A program made the translations under genes and the position numbers. Positions 42,301 through 54,300 of a stretch of 64,000 bases of DNA are shown here, piece by piece. The stretch's first letter is position 1. Each line of letters starts with the position of its first letter. This DNA comes from Rhina ancylostomus. Its lineage: Eukaryota. The notes under the pieces were generated by a model. That model saw only the letters and a list, made by a program, of their open reading frames with translations. It was not told the origin of the DNA and searched no databases. The DNA lies in the NCBI GenBank assembly GCA_030265395.1, contig JARFYF010000001.1:46742427-46806426 (forward strand), given 5' to 3'.

Positions 42301-45300
42301 AATAAGATGGCATGCATTTAGTTTTACCTTCAATGTTTAGTTTGGCTGATGTGTTGTCAGAGCCACAGTCACAAGAATATTGCCCCTGGTCGTTCTTCAT
42401 AGCTCGCTTAATGATCAATATTCGCTTCTTCCCATCTGCTTTAATCTGAATATTCTTTGAAAGAATCAGTTCTTTTCCATCCTTAAACCATCTAACTGGA
42501 GCAGCAGATTTACTGACTTCACACTGGAAGACAACTTCATCTTTTTCTACAGCTGTGTAATCTTGTAGTTTACTGATAAAATATGGTTCACCCTCTAAGA
42601 AAATCAAAAGGTGAGTCAAGTTAGAAACACAAGATTAAATGCAACACCTCAGTTCAAAGCTTGATTAGCAAATTAATTTATGTGTTTACATATTTACCAA
42701 GAACTGTAAGTTTAGCCTCTGAACTTTTGTCCATTGCTTCAATTTTGATGAGGGAAGTATCATCGATGGTCACATCCTTGAATGTAACAGTATGGATCTT
42801 ATTCTCATCTTTCATAGTCACTGATCGACTTGGATGCAGTCGGATGTCATTTTTGTACCATACAACTGGAATGTTCTCGTGTGAAAGCTCAGTTACAAAT
42901 TCTGCAGTTTCACGTTCTTTTACAGTCTGGTCTTCAAGAGGTCTGGTGAATTCAAGTCTTATGCCTGTGAAAAATGAATTTATGAACTTCATGCTACATG
43001 AATAAGAAAACAGTTTTAACTGCTGATGAACTTATCCACTGCAATTTTTACTTGCCTTGGATTACTAGTTTGCCACTTGTCCTCTTATCCTCTGCTTCAA
43101 AAATGTATTTTGCTTCATCATCAAATGCAGCTTCTTTAACTGCCAACACATGTTTTGTCCCTTCTGCCAACATTTCAAATTTATTACTAGGTTTAATTTC
43201 ATCACTTCCTTTTAACCAGCGGAAAGTCTTGGCCTCTCTGGATACTTCACATTCAAACTTTGCTTCATCTTTCTCATACACATTCACATCATTAAGTGGT
43301 ACAATGAAAGTGAGTGGAATTTCTGGAGGGGAATGCAGGAAATAAGAAATTTAGACTGATAATGTTAATTATAAAAATTGTTCATGCCTCTGTTACAAAT
43401 GTACAAGCCTAAACTATAATTATGAAAACTGCAGAATAAAAAATATTCGCAGCTCTTTCAAGTGAATTCAAATTACCTTTGACTTTCAGAGTTGCTGCAG
43501 ATTTAGCATTTGCAGCCTGGAAAGACACTTCTCCAGAATCACTTAACTTGCAATTGTAAAGGGTCAGAATATGTTTTTTGCCATCCTCAATAATCTCACA
43601 GTGCTGTAAGTTATAAGATAATCAAAGATAAATTTGGATGACATTTATATATATTAAAAACTGTGCAATCTTTTTTACCCAAATATATTTAGTTTTCTAT
43701 GTATCACGGAGCATTCATTAAGATCATGATTTTGTCATGAAAGTGGCTAATTAACTAACATAATTCTGAGGTAAAATTATTTATCCCAGAATAATTCCAA
43801 AACCAAGAATGCAAAATTTAATTTCAAACCAAATTAAGAAAACAACGTACAGGTGACATGAGCAAAGTTTCGCCTTTCAGCTTCCACTGGAGATGAACAT
43901 CAGTTTCTGAAATCTCCACTTCAAAACGGGCAGTTTCACCTTCAAAGATTTCTATGCCATGTAATGGGCGCACCACCTTGATGATGCGAGCTGTAATCAC
44001 ATTAGTATTAAAAATTGGAGTTTAAAATTGCACATTTAGAAACTATAACTGATGAAAAATGCATACATACTTATTCATAAAGAATATACCTTCAATATTC
44101 ACAGAGGCTTTTGTCTTGTCAGTTCCACAGTCACATTCATATACACCCTTGTCTTTATCGTCAGCTTTTTTGATTGTCAGAATACAGCGTTTCCCAATAA
44201 CTTTCATTGAAACTCTTTTTGATGCTTTGATTTCATTGCCATCTTTTAGCCATTTAACTGGTACTTCTTTGCTGAGTTCACATTCAAGACTGATCTCATC
44301 TCTCTCTACAGCAGTATAATCTTGTAGTTTCACAGTGAAATAAGGATCAGCCTCTGTGGATGAAAGAAAAACAGTTAATGTTCTGCTTGAAGAAAGGTTG
44401 CTTCTCTGACATACATTTTCAAAACTTCTTGTTAAATATCAATAATAATGTGGTTCTCCTTTTAAATATTTTATCAGTACTATTATGATATGAACTGCAC
44501 ACAACACATGGTGCCATAATTCAAAACAATTGCATTACTCAATCCTCACCTAGGACATTCAGATTACATTTTGTGGAGAGCTGGGCAACTTCTGCCCGTA
44601 TCTGACATGTATCATCAAGAGTTGCTTCTTTAATTTCTAATGTGTGCTTCTTCCCATCACTGGAGACCAAAACAGTTCTGCTTGGATGAATTTTGTTTTC
44701 ATTTTTGTACCAAGTCACTGGGAGATTTTCATGTGACAGCTCAATTTCGAAATGAGCTGTGTTACCTTCTTTGACTGTCTGATCTTTTAGTGGTGTAATG
44801 AACTTCAATCGCATACCTTGAAATATAAAGTCATACATAAGCAGTTAATACTACAGCAATTTAAGATCATGTAATTAATTATTCATTTCATATCTAAATA
44901 TTGAAAGGTGAAATAAATTGCTATTATTTGCCAATCAAATAAAATGCAGATGCTGAAAATATGAAATAGAAACAGAAAATGTTGAAAACACTCAGCAAGT
45001 AAGGCAATATCTATGGGAAGAGAAACCGAGCTAATAGTTTAGGTCAAATACCCTGCATCAGAATTGGGAAAAAGAGAATACCAGTTAGTTTTGTGCTGTA
45101 GAGAGTGCGTGGCAGGATCAAGATAGGATGCAACTCAAGTTGTTGTGAGAGACCAGAGCTCTGTGAAATAGATCAGATGTTATCTGAAGTTGCAGAATTC
45201 AATTTTGAGTCCAGAAGGCTCCAACATGCCTACGTGGAAGAAGAGGTACTGTTCCTCATTAATCTATCAATTGTATAACTTCACCAACAGCCTATCCCCA

Positions 45301-48300
45301 CAGTAACTGTGGTCTCACCCTAATACAGATATTCCTTTCAACCTATCCATCCATCTGCCACCCACTCTGTAACTTAAAACTAACTTGTTTTCCTTTCTTT
45401 TCCACTTCTAATGAAGGGTTTTCGATTTTAAATATTAATTCAGTTTCTCTTTCCACAGATGTTACTGGACCTGCTAAGTGCTTCCACCATTTTTTGTTAC
45501 CATTACTTGGCTCATTGCCCTTTCCTCTGAGCGCCACTCCAGTGATTTCACACATAATTTAAGCAGACACTTGAGTGCATATTTGAGGTACTACAGCTTT
45601 TCAGGAAAAATACTTAAATTGAGGTTCTATATTGCTCCTTAAATTAATTTGAAAGATGGGTTTATTTGAAATAGAGCAAGGGGGGTTTTCCCTAGTCTCA
45701 TGGGCCAATATTTATCATCATTAATGCAATATATTTGGTCATTAGTTCATAGCAGTTTGTGGGAAAATTGTGTTTGTTTTTTTTCTGTAATACTTCTATG
45801 GCTGTACTTCAATAAGTATTTCATTGCAGTCTGAGACATCCAGAGCTAGTGGAAGCAACTAAGAATCCAAACAACTATATGTTTTATAGATTGTTTTCTG
45901 GATTTATGGTAAGGAGCACCAAAAGCCTATTTGGTTATTTAATATACATGACATATTCAGAATAATGAGATTTGCATCTTTACTTTCCTTATATTTTCAA
46001 AAAACTTCCAAACAAGGATGGTTGCATAAAACAATTAACTATTTCATATTTATTGGAATAGGACTTCACAAACATTCTGTTACACAGGCTCAATGTAGAC
46101 AAAAGTGAAAATATTTTAATTAAGTGCTATAGGCACATTCAACCAATTGGTAGTTTAAATATAAATTAGAAAAAAACCTACCAGTCACGGTCAGTTTTGC
46201 AGTTGATTTCTTGCCTTCAATTTCAGCAGTATAATCTCCTTCATCATCAAAGGTTGATTTATTTATAACAAGAATATGCTTCTTCCCATCTGTGACTATA
46301 TCATACTTTTCACCACTCTTAAGTATGTCAGTGCCTTTCATCCACAAAATTTTGGGAACCTCCTTGTTAAGTAGACACTCAAATCGTGCCTGACGTTTCT
46401 CTGGAACAGTCACGTCTTTCAATGGTGTCGCAAAGTCAATTTCTAATTCTGTTAAACATATAACATGTTAGTGAAAGCTAAATTAAGAAAAACTGGACAG
46501 TCCAAATTTTGGGAAAATTCCTTTGTTATTACAAAGAAAACTTCTCTGCATTCATCAGGCATTGTTAATTACCTTTAACTCTCAAATAAGCAATGGATGT
46601 GGCATTGCGTGCCTTGAAGACAACTTCACCAGCTTGATCCAATTTGACATCATGAAGGACCAAGAAACGCTTATTACCTTCTGATTTTATTTAANNNNNN
46701 NNNNTGCAAAATAAAGATCACAATTTATTGTTTCCATAAAAGAACAATGCCCTCAAATTCCACATTTTTCATAATAAAGTTTTAAAATCTGGAGAAAAGC
46801 TTACACGTGATGGGCGCAGAATCTCTCCCTTGAGCTTCCACTCAACCGGAACATCTTGCGAGATCTCCGTTTCAAAGGTGGCTGTTTCTTTCTCATAAAC
46901 TTCCACACTTTGCAGTTCAGTAAGTATGTCTATCTCTCGTTCTATAAATACATTAAATACATTTTTTCATTAAAATATACAGCTAATGACAGACCTGAAA
47001 AATCTAATGCATTTTCATGAGTTCCTGACTTACAGAATCATCATCAAGCTGTATAAGGGGAAATCAAAACAGATAACTAAATACAGGAGACTCATCATAT
47101 GGAGGTGAAGTCTAAATATCTGTGGTAACCACAGCTGAGTTAATATTTGAAGCAAAGACGGCTTTAATATTTCAGAACATGTCAGCTTGTAGGCTGACAA
47201 AGTGAGAACTAATCAAGCACATTGATCAAGGACTATAATTCATGTGGAGAATAAACATTAGCACAGACTTTATACGTTGAATGGCCTGTTTCCAGGTTGT
47301 AATTTCCAGAATTATTTTATTAATAGCAAGAATGATATTGTTGGGCAAGAATATTCATATAGTTAATTCATTACTTCTGCAGAGAAGGTTGAAAATTTTG
47401 GGTGGGATTGTGCTAGTATCACTGCCTGAGATCTCTACTGGCCCACATTCAATTGTTCCAGATGTGGAGGGACAACCTCACCAGCTAGCTACATCTTGGA
47501 GACAAGGTCTTAGCATAACTAAACCTCAGAAAATGCTAATCAGAGGTCCTGCCCCAGAACACCCTTATAGCCTTTGACAAAAGGCAAAGCAGGAGTGAAG
47601 CTTTGACATCTACCAGTCTATAAATGAACTTAACAGTTTTTAAATACATTAGATTAATACTTTTTAAATGTTTTTCATTGTTTAAAGTTAAACAATTAAA
47701 GAAAAATCTTAACTGCCCCAAACTGCAGGTCAATAATTCCTCAATTCCTGAAGTGAAAGGGTTTCAACAGGGTCCCCAGCATCAGGCTGGGGAATCACAG
47801 CAAGATTGGTTTGACTCCTGAAATCCCTTGGAGTGCAGTTATAGATGAAGTGGTGCACATTACACAGTAAGTCTCAAAAGGACTTACAACAGATCTGAAG
47901 GACTAGCTTCACTTCAAACAGCTTACAAAGCAAAGACCAGTGCAGCCTTTAGTTCTGTCATCGGCCTATGACAGAGTTTGAATAGAGGCCTGTTGCTGAA
48001 ACTCGCAANNNNNNNNNNCAAACACTTTCTCTGATATAGATGATGATGGATGATAGGCCGCTATGTGTCTGCCTGAGTGATAAAGTCAGCTCGTTCCAGT
48101 TGCTCAACAATGGACTCCCACAGGGCTCTATACTTGCATCAACATTTTTCAATGTCTTATCAGGAGACATGCTACCGATAGAGTTATGCAAAATTGTATA
48201 TGTGAATAATCTTGTTTTAGCCACACAAGCACCTATCAAAAATGACACAGGGTCCACTCTGAATAGGGACTTAAAGATCATAAAGGATTATTAATGGAAT

Positions 48301-51300
48301 TAGACATTCAAGTCAAAATCCAAGGAAACAATAGTCATTTTGATTACTATCCCACCAATCAAATCTTGAATTCTACAAAAATATGAAAGTTACCCCACTC
48401 TAATTTGTCAGAGAATGATTCTAGACTCTGGGCTAACTTTCAAAGTAAGTAGCTGGAGTGATGAAGACCACTTGGCTCTAAGCATATTCAGTAGCTGTAC
48501 TGTACATTAGTCTGGACCAGATGCTGTCATAACTGCTTTGCCAGTGTCCACACAACAATGTAATGTGGGACATCACTGGAACACTAATACCATAACTGCC
48601 TGATGGGCAACATTACTCTTCCATTCATATGCATGACACTGCATGCCTCTGATAATTAGTGAATTGAGAAAAATGAAGACTTGCCCTCATACAAGTTCCT
48701 CACCAATGCCACTTACTTGAAGTGGCACAACCCCTTTTAGATCCACACACCCCAGGAAAGCAATTACAGCCCTGATGAAGTTTGGAAAGTCATATGGAAC
48801 TCATCAAAAATCACAGACACATCTTGTGATCTCCTCTATAGGTTATGGCCATTTCTAAATTGTATTTGGACAGATCATTGCAAATCAATTGATATATAAA
48901 TGGAAATTGAGAACTTCTGCAATATCTGACCTACATACAAATAAAAATATATTAAAAAATATAGAAATCAACTATCTGGCCCTTTGAGCAAGCTCTGCCA
49001 TTTAGTAAGATCATTGCCTAAACTGTACTTTTCTGCCCAATCATCGTAATTCTTAACTTTCCTGTGGACCACGTCAATTGGAAGCAGACAATGGTACTCC
49101 AAGTTATCCAACATACAATTCATAAATATAAAAAAACATTTACGTTCTGCTCCCTCGGGTGCTGTATTCTAGCTTCAATGTCAGAGTATAAAATTATAGT
49201 TGTTGCTCTTGGCCACATAAGGGCACTATTAGGACAAATGACCAATTATTAGGTCAAAGGTAGTTTAAAGGAGTGTATTAAGGAATAATACAAAGTTTTA
49301 AGGAAACAATTCCAGAGCTGAAACTATAAGCAGTTGTAGAATGCAGAGCATAAAGAAGATAAGAATTGCAAAAGCATAGAGATCTCAGAGAGCTAAAGAA
49401 TGAAGTGGATTATTATAGAGATAAGGAGGGGAATGACCATGGAAGCAATTGAGAGTAAGGATCAAAACAAAGATCTTGCCATTGCAGAAGTCTGTGCAGG
49501 CCTCCACATAATGTGTGATAATTGAATTGATTTGGTGCAAGTTAGATTAAAAGCAAAATAGTTTAGAAGAGCTCAATTTTAAGAAAGGTGTAAGAAAGGA
49601 TATGACCTAGAAGAGTACAGGAATAGTAAAGTCTAAAAGCTTAGACTTAGATTTCAGCATCATATGGATGAAACAGGGGTAGAACTGGCTGATGACAAAT
49701 TAGCCAGCTCCACCCGTCTCATCCATCTGCTGCTGAATTCCTCATTTATGCTTTTAGACTTTACTATTCCTGTTCTATTCAAGATTAGGAGGAAAATTTG
49801 TTAATTCTGTTGATTATTGAGGCACTCTCTCGAGAACATAAGTTTAAGAACAAAGGAAAGTACTGAGGTAATTTCATTTCTGGGGTTGTTAAAAAAGGAA
49901 TGCTCACCTAAATGGCAGGTGGAAGCCATTGTACTTTTGAAACAAAAAGTAGATAAATTTTGAAAAATGTAATTGGTTATGAAGGAAGGAAAGAAATTGG
50001 TCCTAAATAAATGGGACTTATGCCTTACCTCCTTATGTAAACTTGTTTAATTCTAAGTGGGAATATATTGAAATATTCTGTTAAACTTTCCATTTTATGT
50101 TGTTAGACAGCACAGAAATTTTTACATTAAATCAGTGACTTGCCTTTGTTGTTGGCCACAAATAATTTGATGAATATACATATTACTTACATATATCTGC
50201 ATATAAAAATTATATACATAATATTTATATTTTGTAAATAGATAATATAGATCATAGATAATTAGATAGATAATAAATAATTAGGTAAAGATTTTTGAAT
50301 CAAGCCTCAAAAAGCCTCTTGTGGCCTGAGCCTGCGTGTACATTCCTTTAGCCCATATAGTGAAAACGACTTGAACTGCTGTTAGAATTGATGTAGGCAC
50401 TAGATTATATTTGGCAAGTGTGCCTCCAACCCTGCTGCCTTTGCATTGCCTTCGTCCTGAACGATGGATGGTTCTGAACATCTGGTGACTGGCACACAGA
50501 CCAGTTAAGCAACGGTTCAATCTTGCATTGAGTCTCACCCCTACTCTTGACTTTAAGTGAGACCTCCCCCTCGCCCCCATTAACATGCTGGGGCTCACCA
50601 TTCATCTAAAATGTAACTGTATCAGACACATAACTACTGTATCTACAAGAACAATCCAGAAACAAAACATTCTACAGCTGGGTATCCTCATTTCCTGACT
50701 CCAGACATGAATTAGGAGTGCATTGAAACACACTCCACTTGTCTGAATGAGTTCTAACAACAATTCCAACAGTCAAGATCAACCCCATGCAGAATGAAGC
50801 AATTCACTTGGCTGGCACTTCATCCACCATCACCCACATAATGTACTATCTACAGAGTGCACTGCAATAACTCACCGATGCTGCTTGGGCAGCACTTTCC
50901 AATTCTTCAACTTATATCCTCTAGGTTACCATGTCTAGATGATATAACCACTGCAATGTCATCACCTCAGCAAGTTCACTTAAAGTCACACTTTAACTCA
51001 GCTTGGGAAAATACCTTCATCATCTCTGGGTTTAAATTGTGAAATTCCCTACCCCACAACTCTGTATGAGAAGTTTCATGATAACAACTGCAATGGTTTA
51101 GTGTGGTAGTTCACCACCACCTTCTTAAAGGCAGTTAGCGATGGCCAATTAATGCTCGCATTACCAACCATGGCCACATCTATTAGCATCTAGGAAAGAA
51201 ATGCAATTTACAATGTTGACCAAAAACTACAGCAAAATGAATTAAAATTTGTGAACCTACAATTATTATTAATATATGCATAACCAGTACTGGAAGAACA

Positions 51301-54300
51301 AGTGGGATACACATTTCTGCAAGTAACAGAAGACTTACCATCAACTATCAAATTGGCTGTAGAGGCCTGTCCTTCCACTTCCACTGTGTATTCACCAATA
51401 TCTTCTGGAGTTGCATTCTTCACTGTGAGAGTAAGAATTTTGCCCACTTTCTTAATTTCAGTTTTTGCAGTGGGTTCCATTGGAATTTCTTCTTCACCTT
51501 TGAACCATTTGATATTTGGTGTGTCTTTGGCAATTTCACATTCAAAGACAGCAGTTTCTTTTTGTTTGACCCGTTGGTCCCGAACAGGTTTAACAAACCA
51601 TTTCCTGACAATCTCTGGAAGATAAAAAGATACAAACTAAAATCAGTCCTCAAATGGTCATTTCTTGTTGCTTAAGTTATATCAAAACACCCATCTGGTT
51701 GGGTTTTCCAGCATTTCTGCTCTTGTTTCATTCATCTTTACATCTTTACTAACCTTGTACATTAACTTTTCCTTCACATCTTATATTTTCAGTCTCAACA
51801 GAAAACATTCCGGCATCTTCAAAATCAGCACTTGTGATAGTAATGGAACGCTGCAACCCAATGACGCTAATTGCATATCTGCTGTGTGTTTCATCAATTG
51901 GTTCACCATCCTTCTTCCAAATCACAGGCTTGTCTTTTGTCAGCTCACAGGTCAGATATAGGGGCTGTCCTTTGAAGACAGTGATTTCCTCATCCAATGT
52001 TTTAAAGAAGGCCACTGGTAATTCTAAAATAGTTCAGGAAAATAGTAATTAACCAAAAAAATTTGCAAAATCTTCAAAAGCCTTTTATAATGTCTGGTAC
52101 TTTAAATCCAGTGATTTATATTATATTGGCTGTTAAAATGAAACTAATGGAGAAAGTATGTAACTGACTAGATTAGTTTAATAACCATCCTAATTTCACA
52201 GGATTCCTAATTTGCACCTATTATAACGTAATGAACAGTCTTGTTTTTGTTTTGCTTCAGACAGGAATGCAAAGTACCTTTGACAATGAGCTTTGCTGTG
52301 GACATCTTTTCTTGCTTGCCGAGGCGGCCTACACAGGTATATTCACCCGTATCTGAAAGCTGCACATCAATGATATTCAACTTTCTATCCTTGCCATCGG
52401 CGGTGAATTTGTATTTTGGACCTTCTCTTATAGTACTCCCGTCCTTCATCCANNNNNNNNNNTTAATGCCGTAGATGGGGAAATCAAGCATTCGAATATA
52501 GCAGAAGAACCTATTGACTCCGCTTCTTCCAAAACAACATCTTGTAACTCTTTGACAAATTTCAGCTGGACTGCTTTAAGTTGGAACCCTGCAAATGGTG
52601 GTTCCTCTGAAGGTGGCCTCCCTCCACCTGGTTTAAGTGGCTTCTTGTCTCCTTCTCCAGGTGATGGTGTCTTTCTCGCTAGAATTCAGAGATGAACATA
52701 AATAGATTGTATTTTATTGTTTTTATTGCATGCTTCTGAAGAGGATTTTATGTGAACCAATTACTTAGACGCCATGTGTCAGTTTCAGTCAATAAAATTC
52801 AATGATGACATATATAGAGCACTGAAATTGACTACCCGAGAAGAAACCAAACTCTGAAAATTTGGTTTTGTTCCTTCTCTAAGGTAAATTGATGCACGGA
52901 AGCCCACCATTCAAAGTCTATGCATTCCATCATGCGATAATGATTGCAGACGGCAAGATTTGCACCACATTCAGCCATTATAACTTCAGCTTGAGTAGAT
53001 TTGCAATCTTAGTCTTCAGATATAACCAAGTAATTTTGAGCAGCAACAGTTCTGTATAGCCCAAAACATTGCATTTTGCTCATAAACAGAGGAAGACACA
53101 TGCATTAAAGTATCAAATCTAATATTGTGATCACAATCTGATTATGTACATGGAACATAGTAGGAATTTCTCTGCTCACTTTTGCAGCAAGTCTTCCTTA
53201 GCAACATTAATTGCAGAAAATATACAGCAGCAGTATACAAATTGAACTCCACATGTTGCTTTATGAAGCTGCAGGATGTAAAGGACAGCAATACATGCAA
53301 AATTAAACAACAGGATGTTAGCCAGTCTCTGCAGCCATTTTGTAACTGGGAGGCCATACAAATTGATTTGACATTACATCTTAAAATAACTGAAGTATAG
53401 TAGAGCATTTAATTTTGTTTGCTCTAATGTGCATGATATTTGAATAGGATACTTCAGAAAGCAATATAATTTATCCATTTAAATAGATGTAGTACATTGA
53501 GAAAGTATTGCATACTGTATGTGTGCATTTTATGTTCTTTGGTGCGTGAGGATAAAATATTAGTGTTTACAATCAAGCATGGATTTTTACTGTGATTATG
53601 TGCATGATAGCCCTTCTCACCTCTTAATAAGCCTCTACCTTTGCCGGCCTCATCAGCTGGTGCCTTAGCATCTGCAGTGAGATAGTAACATAATCATAAG
53701 CACATCATTACTATCCTGTAAATCAATAAATGTTATAAAGTTTCTGTAACAACCAGTGGGGAAAAAAATGATGAGGCTATAAAGTGTAATTTAAATGAAA
53801 AAATATATTTATGTCTCATACATAATATACATTATACATATTATGTATGAAAATATGTACAAAAATGATGAAAAATGGTACCTTAATTACTTTGATATAC
53901 TAAAAAGGTTTATTCATGCGACCAAAGGAAAATTAACATGAAAAAAGATGTATTAGGTTAGAATGAGTAAAATATATAACCATACAATTTGAATGGTTTA
54001 TAGAAGTCCTTGCCTTATGAAATATAATGAAAAATGATTTTAATTCATTCATAGTTCTGTTAATAGCAACATTAAAGCAATTTAAGACAATTTTTCTTTG
54101 GAAGTCATCGGACTACATGGACCAAACACAAGCAACAAACATGAATTTTAGACCACACTGTTGACTACAATACTTCATGCACACAAATATAACTTGCATT
54201 GCCAGGTGAGACAAGTACACTTAACAAAGATGAACACATACAACATCAAGGAACATTAATCCATTTTCTAAAGCACAAGATATGAACAATCAGTTTGGCA

